A stretch of DNA of 45,684 nucleotides, taken from contig WELB01000008.1 of the NCBI GenBank assembly GCA_009602725.1, positions 258,929-304,612 on the forward strand, written 5' to 3'. The notes under the pieces are model-generated. The model saw only the letters and a program-made list of their open reading frames with translations. It was not told where the DNA came from and did no database searches. Source of the DNA: Spirogloea muscicola (taxonomy: Eukaryota). This document shows, in pieces, positions 1 through 12,154 of the stretch (the first letter of the stretch is position 1; each line of letters opens with the position of its first letter). Made by a program: the position numbers and the translations under genes.

Positions 1-210
1 CTCCGGCATTCGTGGCGGCGCTCCAGCTCCCCAAGTTAGCTTGTCAGATTTGTTTGTGCTCACCCGTGGGTACTAATGTCATCTTAGGTACCTTAGATTA
101 GGTCTCCGTATTATATAGCATTGTTTAGTCTGCACTCGACTCTGCCTGAACAATGTATTGGCTTGAATTGGCCTCCCTTTCAATTCATGCGCCCCGCGCG
201 CCTTCTCTCT
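1..210 (+). mobile_element. 3' end of CRE-clade non-LTR retrotransposon (lineage A): ORF C-terminus plus 3' UTR stem-loop module
   Basis: Frame 2-76 reads SGIRGGAPAPQVSLSDLFVLTRGY*, the same C-terminus as the RLE-bearing ORF ending at 7771 and similar to that ending at 14217. The UTR is near-identical to the reverse complement of 7637-7850; 121-210 matches 35606-35693. Confidence 0.85.
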
Positions 211-317
211 TTGGGCTGGCCTTTCCCAGCCACCAGTCAATCTGGCCGCGCTTTCTCTCTGTTCACTAGCACAGCCGGGCCGTTGGTCAGCAACTCGCCA
301 GTGGGGCGCCGCCCGTG

Positions 318-3105
318 ATGGCGGCGGCGGCGGCGGCCGCCGTGGCGGCGCCGCTCGCCCCGCTGCGTCGCTGCTTGACAGCCGCCGCCGCCGCCGCCGC
401 CATGGAAATTCCGACGAGCATCGCCCGCGGGCGCTGCCGCCGCAGCCTCGCCGTCGCGGCAGCCGAAGCGGACGCCGGCGGCGCAGCGGCAGGCGAGAGC
501 TTGGAGCAGCCGGGGAGCAGCCGGGAGGCGGCCCTCCGGGGCGGCCGAGGCCGGGGCGTCCTGGCCTTCTACGCGGACCACTTCGTCGTGCCGTTGCCGG
601 AGGGCCACCGCTTCCCAATGGACAAGTATGTGGGCCGACGCCTCTTTGTTGCCAAGGACTGCAGCCAGCCTTGCCAAAGGCGCGGCCTCGTCATGTCTCG
701 TCTGTGTGAGACGTACGTTCCGGGGTCCGCATTGAGTTCTTGACGGCATGAATGCTGAAAAGGGCAGACCAGGCTGCTGCCATCGATCAACCGCAGCACC
801 AGTCACAGTTTATGCAGGCTTAGCATGAGTTGGGGTTCTCGCCCACAGGCAGCCGACCGGCGCTTGAGCTTCAGCATGGGAGCTGATCGTTTGGCCCGTC
901 GCGCTCACACTGCAGGTATCGCGCCACACGCACGATGCTGGAGAACGATGCCTCCCTCCATGGCAGCCTGATTGTGCGGCCCGCGCCCCTGGTTTCTGTT
1001 GAAGAACTCCTCGTTGTGCACGACCTTAGGTGCGGCTTCCCACATGATCGTAAGAGCGATGTGCCCAAAACCTGTCCTCCTCCGGGTCTCCAAGCTGTTC
1101 CACTAAGCGTGCTCATGTATCACTTGTCATTGTCAACAATGACCTTCCGATTGGACGATGAGCTGTCCAGTAATAACACTAGTAAGACTCTCATGAGCTT
1201 GGAGGCTTCTATCACGTCGTGTCATCAAGCAGTATTCGTTTGCTGCAGCTATGTAGAGCGAGTGCTGGCAGGCCAGCTGACTGAGAAGGAACAGCGGGTC
1301 ACAGGATTTCCCTGGAGCCTGGATCTAACGCTTCGCAATCGAGCCTCCACTGGGTAAAGCTCTGCATTATGTTGAGTAACTCTGCCTGGTGTAGAGAAGG
1401 CTTGCCCATCTGGCTCTTAGGCTACATACTACGCATGCAATTGAGTCGTAAAATTGAGCTTGAGAATGCAGGATACGGAATTGCCATAGGTACATTTCTT
1501 ACAACTTTCAAATATGGGCGGGCTCTCCTGCAGGGGTACGGTAGCATCGATGCATGCTGTCATGTTGGGTCTGCGTCGAGCAGCCGCTACTTTAGCAGGC
1601 GGGACGCATCATGCATTTCGAGGCCATGGAGAGGGCTTCTGTAAGCTACCTTCCATGAGGGAGGTCGTGGAATGAGGAGCATGCTGCATCAAAGGGGTGG
1701 CATTTGAGCCTTCAACGCTTAAACAGGCTTGCTCATTTGGCTGCTTGTGAGGAAGAAGCTGATGATGAGCTGGTGACTTGTCACCAGGTATATTTATTGA
1801 CATATCAGTTGCAGCAGCCATAGCGCTCTCTGAGTACCCAGATCGATGCAACATCAGCTTTCCCATACTTGTTATTGACCTTGATGTCCATCAGGTTTGA
1901 GTGATCTGCAAATGCAGTGCCTCAAGACATTGCACTTAGCAACACTCAGCTGACCTACTCAATGCTGTTTCCAAATACAGGATCTTTATCTGAAGTTGCA
2001 CATAGTGAGTTTCATTGGCCTGCTTGCGATACCTGTGGTTGACAATGTGTATGTTGCACATCACCAATAAATGTCATTGCTGCAGGGTAATGGGACCGCA
2101 AAAAATTTTGAAGGCGACGACCGAGTCATCACCTTCTCCATGCATGGAGCTAACAATTACCCATGGCGAACAGAAATGTCGTCAGATTATGATGTGGAGC
2201 TTTCTGACAATACAGATGATGACATGTATCTCAAACTCCTTCTCCATTGGTTGCCGTTGTTATTCAAGCAGCACCAACCAAGTCTGGTGTTTTCCAGGTA
2301 AGCTACTGAGCCTGATGTCTTTGTGCCGTGGTCACCACGACATGCTTGCTATTTTTCGCCACTTGTCGATGACATTGGTCCTTCCACTTGACGTGACTTC
2401 TATAATGAGCAGTAACGAAGACAACTAAGCTGGTCTGTGGCCGTCAACCTTGTACTCACACTTTGATGTTCTCCTGTTGTCTTGTGTAGGCAGGCGTTGA
2501 TTGCCTCCTCGAAGACAGCCTCGGTCGCCTTGCCATGACAAGGTGGTGGGAGCTTAACCATGGGGTCTGTCAAGCAAAGCCACTTATTCAAGACAGTGGT
2601 CTGTGTGAAACAAAGGCTTGACAATCTGTCTTGAATTCCTGGAGACAGGCCAGGTCTTCTAAGGAGGAACAACATGGTCTACAGCGCCTGCATGGAGCAC
2701 AAAACACCACTGGTCATCACAATGGGTGGTGGCTACTCAAAACCCAGACAAGGTATGGCATGTGAATATCACATGCATTATTCCACAAGTACAGATTATT
2801 GAAGTTGCCCTTCTGTGTCATACTTCAGAGTACTAGCATTGAATGATCTCAGATGATTAATTATCCTAGAGGATTGGTTATGTACTATGTTTTTCAACAT
2901 TTGTTGGATGGTCATGCAGCACATTGCATAGCAGTCCTCTCCTGTCTTCTTCGTCAAAGTATTATGCTGACAATGATGCAGACTTGTAGGAAGGAAAAAC
3001 TCTGATCGCCTGTCTGTACTGGTCATGTCTGCAGCCTCAATATTGGCCCACGCTGATATTTACAGATCAGCAGCATATCGTTATAGCAAATTTCCACTAT
3101 CATGA
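318..3105 (+). CDS. Zn-dependent histone deacetylase family protein (bacterial-type/class IV-like), 9 exons, with Ala/Arg-rich putative transit peptide; apparent 1-nt frameshift at 2290-2293
   Basis: GT-AG exons 318-625, 916-1029, 1249-1353, 1534-1640, 1788-1894, 2086-2297, 2490-2542, 2649-2752 and 3035-3105 give LPEGHRFPMDKY, GFPWS, AGGTHHAF..GEGFC, IDLDVHQGNGTA, FSMHGANNYP, AGVD...D.LGRL and TMGGGY. All junction phases match except exon 6/7. Confidence 0.9.
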
Positions 3106-5974
3106 TTATCATTTGGGAGCCATGATCTTGCCATTCTTGACATCATGAGCGATGATGAGCCGCAATCATTTTGAGGTTGTGCAGGAGAATTACTGATAGG
3201 ACGCTGTTGTGTGTCTGCTTTTGATGTAGTAGATCAAGCTCTGGCTGCTCTTGAGGATGATGCATACATCATGCCTAGCAAGGCAACCTTTAACAGATTA
3301 CTCTCTTGCCCTGCCCAGCTTGCACAGGTGAACAAGTTGGAGAGTGGATAGAAGATAAAGATGAGCATGCAAGGCTCATGCTAGAGTGCAATGCGCTATA
3401 CCCAGTATCAAGCTTTTTGTACTTGAAGGCTTCCTTCAGTCAAGTAGAATCAAATACGTGGGTAACAATTGCATGTATGTAAAGCAGCTGAGGCATAGCG
3501 ACGTCTATGTTGCAACATGACACAAAGTGTACCGTGATATTAAGAGTGACATTCCACGTCACCCGCTGGTTGTACTCGTTAAGCAGCAGGATTAACAGTG
3601 AGACAATGATAGCTGGACATGCTGACATAGCAGTGAGACAGTTAGAGTGAAAGCATCCCCATGCACCATCAATCTGCAAGATTCAATGCAGCAAGGGCGA
3701 AGCGACAAATGTTGGCAAACATCACAAAACAAGAGGCTGTTTGTCCGCCATTTACGAGTAATGCAACAGCAGGCTGACACATCAAGGCATGGAAGAATCA
3801 CCTTGAATGAGTATGGCAAAATGGTAACCTTGGTTTTATGTGTGCATATTTGGATTAGATTATATTATATTTGGATTAGATATATAGATTTGGCATCGAT
3901 GGGGGGTGACAACTCACTGTCAAAGACATAGAATCTGAAAGTGAAGATCTTATACACAGACTGACACCGTATGTGGCACTGAAGAATTACAGACATACTT
4001 CTTGGAAAGTATAGAGCAAGTAGCACCAATACTCACACTCCTCTGCAGCATCATCTCCATCACTCCCTCACCTATGGGGCCCATGAATAGGCAATGAATT
4101 TACGATTGTAAGGAGACTAACACCATGAGGACTTCGCACATCATCAGAATCATCAGCTTGTCCCATTTGCAATGGTGATGTTTAAGCACAGCTTCGGATC
4201 TCAGTCTCAAACTCCACGACAGCAGCCTGCCTCCAAGTCGCACTTATTGACCAATATATGCGCACCATGCGTTTTGCATTGCATGCTCTTGCAGCTGCTC
4301 TTTTTGAGCCCTGCACAGGCAATCCCCTGAACACAGCACAACCTCAACACAGAATCTGCAATCATAGTCGCATTCAGTATACCGTCTTGTTTTTCTTGCA
4401 TACACCAATGCTGCCATGGCGCCTGCCATTGCATTTCCGGCCAATGGTTAGCAGGCAAGGACCACACTACACCTCAGCACAAGCCCCACTCTTGTGAAGT
4501 AACACCTGCAACTGGAGCAATGCTGTGCGAATTGTGCCTCTTCATTGTGGGCCGGCGGTTAGCTTAGCAACTGGGACCTCCCTTGCTGATAGCTGCTGCT
4601 AGGTACTGTGCTGTGAGGGCTATAACATCAGGAGCAAGCAGAGTAGGCAGACTTGCCAGGTGAGTGTAGTACTGGTTTCCGACTTTCTTCCTGATTTGGA
4701 GCAGGGGGAAAGGTCGAGCAAAGCAGGGTGGTCTGAGTCTGCTCTGCTAATAGAAAACCCGGACCTGAAGGGCATCGTGCCCCCGGGAACATCAGTGAGG
4801 ACCTGGCTTGAGAGTTGCACAACACAAGCTGCAAACTGTGTGGCTCATGATGACCAGATCTTCTGAATATGCTTGGATTACTAAATCACCTACAGAGACT
4901 GGAAGCAGATACTGTGACAGCCTGGCCCATGGACTCTCAAAGAGACAGCGTACTTATATTGGGCTACAGCAGTTGCTCTGCCAGTGGTCGTCTTTTTCAA
5001 GCCACTGACCCTTTCCATTGCCTGCAGCATGGTGCCGTCCGTCAATTGCGCTTCATAAGATGCAGCGATCGGCAGCCCGCCTTTTCACCCCATTGATGTG
5101 CTGACAAATAAGTCAGGCCAGCATCACGCTTGGATATCACTACATAAGTTTGTATGACGCAAAAGCTGCTGTATTGTCTGAAAGATTACAGAGTTAGTCG
5201 TGAATTGCTCTTGAGTATGGCAGTTGGCACGTCTTTCCAGCTTACGTGCTTGTCCATACCAAGACCCACATGCGTGGGACCTCAAGGACGTTCCTTGATG
5301 CGCTTGTGCCAGGTGCTGTGCTGCGTGCACCATGATGGACCTGCTAAATGCCCCTGCGGATGGTCATCCGGAATGATGCATTGGATGCCAGCACTGCTTT
5401 TTCACTTGGCAGCTAGCACTTTCTATGCACCAAGCTTGTGCAAGCAAACAGCTGGCTTGCATGATCTGGAGGGAGTAGTTCTAGCTCAGCAGCTATTAGC
5501 TGGCGCACCTGCTGTTTGGCTATAACATTTTGCATGCGCTCCGCTTTAGCACATACACAGAGAGATCTGCTCCAGTAGGGGGATTCTTAAGAGGGTGGGC
5601 CTTCTTGAGGGATGCAGGGACCTTGGCCCTTGCGCGCCGTGATGTTTTGCTCAAGCAGGAGGGCCAGAGCGAATGTGAAGCTTGCTCTTTCATTGATTCT
5701 CCATTGTCAGTCAGTTGCCAACGCTATATGACTACGCAACGACAAGAACAAGTGCAACAAGTGCAAGCCGCCATTAGCCATGTGCCCTTAGCAACAACAA
5801 AGGGTTCTACACAACCACATGGGAATCATGAGATGCAGATTACCAGAACTTTGTAGGACCTTGTTGTGGCTAACGTTTCTTGTGTGACAGGCAGCAAGGT
5901 GCTCACCTGCAGCACTGGCCAGTGCGATAGACATGCAAATGTATTCATGCAGGTCTTGGCACTGGCCATGCATA

Positions 5975-6022
5975 AGAAGAACGCGGCTGCTGGAATCTGA
6001 AGGCGGCTGTGAAAGCCAGCCG
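5975..6022 (-). mobile_element. Isolated CRE 3' module (lineage D type)
   Basis: Minus strand reads GGCTGGCTTTCACAGCCGCCTTCAGATTCCAGCAGCCGCGTTCTTC, similar to the 3' ends at 9460-9505 and 35205-35255. Confidence 0.65.
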
Positions 6023-6706
6023 GGTGCATACAGAGGGAATCCGTAAGTGTATCTAACCACGTGGGACCGTCAGGCAGGGCCAAGGCATTCCGATAAGCAA
6101 CACAAGCCAGCATCGGCAGGAGCCGAGAAGCTAAAAGGTGGCTCCTCTGAACGGCTGATAATACCTCGGCAGCAGGGAGCATGCAGTTGCCCAGGCTGAC
6201 AAGCTGTATCCGCCATTGCTAGAACATAAGGAAGTGATTTGGAGCCGGCCGAAGAGTTGAGGCAAGCCTGGTGCGCACCGAAGTCCGGCCGAGAGTTGGC
6301 TGCGGCACCGGCGCGCCTGGGGCCATCGCCGTGCATAAGCATCGGGCAGCAGCAACGCCTGGCAGCTGCCGCTGGAGTGAGGCCAAGGTGGTGGACGACG
6401 GAGGAAGAAGGAGCGGCCGGCCATAGCCATGCCCGCTCAATGGCGCCGCCGCTGCTGCCGCGCTGCGCAGCTGAGAGGGGTGGTGCCGGAGGAGGAGCAG
6501 TTTAGCGGGGCCGGCTTCGGGAGGTAAAGAGCCTGGTGGCTATGTGGCGGCCTGCTGGGGGGTCAGGGAGGACAGGCGGCGGCGGGCGCGGCGGGTCAGG
6601 AACCAGCAGGTGCCTTCGCCTGTCAAGCCGGGCGATGCAGTGACAATTAGTAAGTGTTTGTTCCTCTGTCCACTCTCTGTCTCTGTCTCTGTCTCCGTCT
6701 CTCTCC

Positions 6707-6858
<152 letters not shown>

Positions 6859-7489
6859 CCCCTCCCTCCATTCCCCCTTCTGATGAGAGAAACAGAAGAG
6901 ATTCGTGCACTAAAGCTTGGAAATGCTTGTGATAGAGTGCTCCGGCGGTCAATCTTTGGCGTGAGGGACACACATTGAAGGAGCAGCCATTTCTTTGGTG
7001 GTGAGCATGTTCGAGACCATCCAGCATCAATCATTAGCATAGCATTGTTGACACAGAGTTGAAAGGGTCAGCCTTTCGGCCAGTACAGCAAATGGCAGGA
7101 TAGTATCGAGCCCCACTGGCGAGGTGGCTAATCCACTGACAGCAACAATTTTCTGAGTGACAAGCAGTCGGCCGCTTCGGCTAAGGAACTAGTCCACGTA
7201 CATCGCCCAGCTTTACTCGGCCAGCAGCTCTGGGAAGCTGTGGCGCTGTCCCGGGTGGAGGGCCGATCTATCATTCGTTGGGACGAAAGGCAGCTTCACC
7301 CCGCCGCCACAGGCGACTGCGGAGGCCTGGCCAGATGTGCGTGCTGAGCGGGAGAGGGGAGCTTCTGCACCGGCAGGAACTCTCGACACATAGAGAAGCA
7401 GCACTTCCAACCTTTTTGGCTGGCTTTCACAGCCCTCGCTCTCTTTGCCCTCTACTGGAAGAGTTTCTTGGAAGAGCTTACCGCTACCA

Positions 7490-8530
7490 AAGGGGAGACG
7501 GCGCGTGGAGCGCATGAATCGAAAGGGTGGCCAGTTTAAGCCAATACATTGTTCAGGCAGAATCTAGAGCAGGATAAACAAGGCTACGTAAATCGGAGCC
7601 CTATGCTAAGGTGCCTAAGGTAAGAGGGTGACGAAGGGGGAGAAGGCGCGCGGGGCGCATGACATGAAATGGAGGCCAGTTCAAGCCGATACATTGTTCA
7701 GGCAGAGTCTAGGGCAAACTGAACAGGGCTACATACTGCGGAGACCTAAACTAAGGTGCCTAACATGACGTCAGTACCCACGGGTGAGCACAAACAAATC
7801 CGACAAGCTAACTTGGGGAGCTGGAGCGCCGCCACGAAAGCAGGAGGCCTGACTTAGAGCGCGCCCTGCATGTTGATGAGAAGCCAATGCTTGCGAGCGC
7901 TGCAAACTAAGTGAGAGCCGCATTTTATGTTATGCAACTAAGGCCTGCGGAATGCTGGAGTGGCCCAAGCTGCCCCCCCGACTTCGACGGCGCGCATCAA
8001 CCAGCCGGGCCAGATGCTGGATCAGGGAGGACCATTTTACGCCGTAGCCTCCGTAGATGTCCATGGCACACGGATAAAGATGGTTCCCTCGGGGATGGTC
8101 CTGGTAGTGCCGCTCCTTCTTGCGCTCCGCGCTGGACGTGGCCCAGCCAGACACGGTCGACGTGGGTGCGCCAGCCTTGTATGCGTCGATCAGTACCACG
8201 TCCAGGAGCAGACGAGGCCCACCGCCCCGGGGGTTGGCGACCACGTCCAGACGCCGCACGTATGGCTTGCCGCGCCTTGAGGAGATTGGCATGATGCCGG
8301 ACACCTCCATCGCCGGATGATACCCCGCCTCTCGCACAATCCCAAACATAGTGTCCCTGAGTAAGTCCTGGGAGGAAATGCGCTCACCCCCTTCAACACA
8401 TCTCAGCATATGAGCAGCTCGAAGATGAGCTTGTCATCGGCAATGTGGCCACACTCGCACTGGCGCATGCCAGCCAAGCAAGGGGGGGGTAGGCCGAGGT
8501 GGTGGTGGAGCGCTGTGCGAAACAGGTAGG
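7490..8530 (-). mobile_element. 5'-truncated CRE-clade retrotransposon (lineage A): zinc knuckle, RLE endonuclease and 3' UTR, followed by a second lineage-A 3' end (7490-7620)
   Basis: LGLPPPCL..RQCECGH...LRC..G.ER...D.LRD (CCHC region), RRLDVV..LLLDVV, AERKKERHY, YPCAMDIYG (PD-(D/E)xK RLE); ends SDLFVLTRGY* at 7771-7773; contains a frameshift and an internal stop. Confidence 0.9.
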
Positions 8531-9104
8531 GGGAGGGGCAGGGTAGCCAGGCTGCCGTGGCGGCGCGGAGGCGCTGGGGGGAGGCCCGAATGGGCCTGCC
8601 GGAGGGCCGCCAGGAGTGGCGGCTGCGGGGCGGGGCTGCACCATCTGGGCGAAACGGCCAGTTTCGTGCCGCGCGTGCCAACGCAAGCCGCGTGCCAGTC
8701 CGCCGTCTCCCCGTCAGGCGGGGCCACCTGCGGCCGCCACCCTTCTACGTCGCTTTTCGAGACAAGACGCGTGGCGGCCGCTATACCACCCGCCCGTGCT
8801 CTGTGGCGGGGCCCTCGTCGGGGCGGGCCACTAACACCGACGCGATCCGGGCCGTGCCGGGGTATGGTGCCAAGCGGCACCGGCGGTCGGCTACAGTAAT
8901 GGCATGGTACGCGCGCCGCGCATTGGCCCGCCGGGGCCCGCTTGCCCGCCCGCCCGCCCCCAAGCTGTGCCTGACGGTGCCTCGAGACGGACTGCCTCCA
9001 GGCGGCCTGCTTCGGCCCATCCCCCGACTTCCGTGCCCCCCTCTGTTCATTCTTTTTCGGGCTGGTTGTTCCAGCCCCTATTCTCAATGGGCGAGCACTT
9101 TCTC

Positions 9105-9510
9105 TTTCCCTGGATCGGTGGTCCTCGGTACTTTCGCTGCTGGCATCTCAAGCTGACCAGCGGCGCCGCAAACAGGGTGCAGCACTTCCTGGAGGCTCGG
9201 TGCCTTTGGGTCTTGTGTCCTGCTACCGCATGCGTCTATCTATGTCCCTAAAGCGGTCCCAAGCGCTTGCTTTGCACTGCCGAGCCGGTCGCGCCCTTGC
9301 AGCAGCCTCTGGCTTGCACAGCGGGGTTGCTCTCTTCTTCTTTCATATCAGCAGCCGCTTTCTTCTTCCCCTCAGCCCATCCTACTGCTGACACGGGGGT
9401 ACTAAGAGCGCCCTGTCTGCCTAGCCTGGCGACTCTGTCATGGACACCTGTATGCATCTGGCTGGCCTCTTACAGCCGCTCTTTTAATATCAGCAGCCGC
9501 AATTATTTCT
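9105..9510 (+). mobile_element. 5'-truncated CRE fragment (lineage D) with 3' UTR module
   Basis: LVSCYRMRLSMSLKRSQALALHCRAGRALAAASG...LLTRGY* (stop 9403-9405); homologous to the reverse complement of 35205-35560. Confidence 0.85.
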
Positions 9511-9564
9511 CCCTTCCCAACTCGCTGCCAACGGCCTCTTCCCGCCTTCTCCCCGCCTCCTTTG

Positions 9565-10100
9565 CCCGAACAATGTCTTGGCTTCAATTGGCACCCTTTT
9601 CAATTCAAGCGCACCGTACGCCTTCTCTCTTTGGCTGGGATATTCCCCCCCACCTTTCAAATTCATTCTTGTTCATTCTTTCTAGGCTGGCTTTTCACAG
9701 CCCCCTTTGGAAGAGCTCAAACCTTTCTTCCTATGAGCAAGCTCGGTCGGCTTCCACAGCCGCCTCCTTGGTCCGAGCAGCCGCTGTCATCTTGTCAAGA
9801 GCTTCCTGTCTTATCCAACGCCACGTGCCGGAGGGGCGCCATTTTCCACCTCCCCAGCCCCTTTCCGCCGCTTTTATAATGTGAGCAGCCTCATTCTTCC
9901 CCTGTTTATTTACCCTGTTACCTTACAGGCACCTTGGTATTGGTCTCCGTATTATGTAGCCTTGTTTACTTTGCACTAGACTTTGCCTCAACTATGTATT
10001 GGCTTGAATAGGCCTCCCTTTCATTTCATGCGCTCCGCGCATGAAATGCGCGCCTTCTCTCTTTCCGCCGCTCTGATAATGTGAGCAGCCGCATTCTTCC
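9565..10100 (+). mobile_element. Chain of CRE 3'-end fragments (lineage A at 9565-9630 and 9920-10062, plus E- and D-type modules)
   Basis: Repeats of TTGGCTT.AAT.GGC..CCYTTTCA.TTCA.GCGC.CCG..CGC..TTCTCTCT and GGCTGGCTTTTCACAGCC..GGAAGAGCTC. Confidence 0.75.
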
Positions 10101-12154
10101 GCCCCGCCCCCCTGCCGCCACCCGCGAGGCAGCGTCCCACCTTCATTGCTCCCGCACCCCGCCGCTCGGCAGCGTGACTGGTCCTCGCGTCGCCGCGGCG
10201 GGGCCACTTGCCCGCACGGCCGTGGCGCCGAAGCCAACCTCAGGCCGACCACAGCGAGCGCTCTCGTGTTCGTCTTCCTACCTCTCCTCTCTAGCTCTGC
10301 GAGCCATGGCGCTGACTTCCCTTGCGGCCCGGCTGCGGCGAACCAGACTCGCCCTCCAGCAAGAGCAGGACCGAGCCACGGGGGTGCCACCGTTGCGGCC
10401 CTCCTGGCAACGGGCGCCATGCTCTGCAGGTCGTCAGCAACGCTCCCTTCTGCTGGGAGCTGCATGCAAGTCAGCACCATCGCACCTAGCAACGGCTCAG
10501 GTTGACCATAGTACGCCCTTGAATTCCTTGCAAGGATCGTCACTGATGCTACCGCTCGGCAACTACGTCAGATGGCTTTCAGATATGGCATGGCTGTTGC
10601 CAAGCTGCGACCAGGAAGGATGGAGGCTCCAGTGGTGCTGCGTGGGCAGCTTAGGCAGTTGATAGAATGGTCCACTGCATCAGCACGCCGGATGTTGTGC
10701 TGGATGTGCACGCACTGCTGCAGCTGCTGCTACAGCCACAGCTGAAGACCCTGATGCTGCTTTCACACAACCATGAGCGTCGCAATAGTAATTTGCCTTG
10801 GACCAAGCGACAGCATCTGCAACACAGCTTCTGCACCATAAGGACGGGTGCTGGACATGCATCATCCTATAGCCGCTTGGGACACCAAGCTCGCAGTGAG
10901 AATTGAGTCCTCAATGCAGTGGGGCAGAAGCAGCAAAGACGTGGCAGAGGCATCATAAGCGCCCAGCGCTGCTGACAATGTCTGCCCGCTTGGCACTGCA
11001 GACGCAACGGCAGGCTGAATGTAAATTGGACAAGTGCTGAGACAGGTGCTTCTGTCAGGAGCCGCTCCTGTGTATGCCAAAGGACGATGCGATGCTGACC
11101 GCTGCAGATGACCTGACAATGCTGAAGGCCTTCTCTTCATTGCTCAGGAGTGCGTGCACAGGCTGTCCAAATGTTGAGGGCTGCCCTTGCCTTTGTAAGC
11201 ACCGCAAAGATAGCCACCTGCTGCTTAATAACAGTCGCCCCGCTTATTAATGTGCAAGATGGCTGCACTAACGCCCGAGTCTAAATTTCAATACCACTGC
11301 ATCAGGTAGAGACTGTTGTCAGTTTAACTGCTGAGCTCCCAAGGACGCCAAGCCGAATTAAGTGCTCACTCTCCTTTAAGTGTTATCCCTATGCTTGTCA
11401 CCTTCCACTTGGCCGGTTGCAAGCAGGCTACAAGCTCCGCTTCAGTGCTCCCTCTTAAGTTTTTCATGACGTACTATGCTTTTGTAGCAACAGGACTGGG
11501 CCAAAATATTCTGCAAGCGTGCAGGTGAGTGCCTCTCTGAGGCTTGATTTGGTGGCTTTGGTCCAGGGCATGCGCTTGTGCTAAGCTGGTCAACCAGCGC
11601 ATGTAGGCTTCATGCTGCCCTTGCTACTTCGTGGCTCGTGATCTGCGTGGCTGGCGGCGGGCTCGTTGACAACCACGCTGTCACCTCTCTGCAGAGGCGT
11701 GCAGCAGCTAGCATCTCTCCAATGTATTCACTGCCTAGCATGTGGCAGCGCATCCATGGCACTGCACGGCTCTACAGGGTTGTCAGGCTGCATCTCCTTC
11801 TTTGTGACGAGGCCTGTTGCAACTTGTCAGCACCTGGGCTGCAAGGACGTTGCAAGGAGCTCAGAGTGATGTGAGATGTTGATGCGTTGGCCATTGCCTA
11901 TCCTGAGGCGACAAATGCAGCTGGTGTCAGCAAGACGTTCACCGGCACACAGTGCTGAGCATCACAAGCCACTTACCTCGCTTGAGAAGAGCGCCCCCGA
12001 CGCCAAGGCGCCATCGTCGCCGTCGTCGCCGGGATCAGTGCGGGTGCCAACGCCGCACACGCCACTGCTGCAGTGGTCAGCAGAGGGAGGCACCTTTGAG
12101 ATGGGTCTCAGCTTAGAGAATAGGCATCTGTGTCATTGGAGCCAGCCGGAATGA

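Noticed and set aside
3185..6440. Exon-like segments between HDAC and the microsatellite (e.g. 3185-3327 +, PSKATFNRLLS weakly PPR-like; minus-strand pieces at 5840-6440)
   Set aside because: Splice signals are present, but I could not assemble a consistent model or recognise a family.
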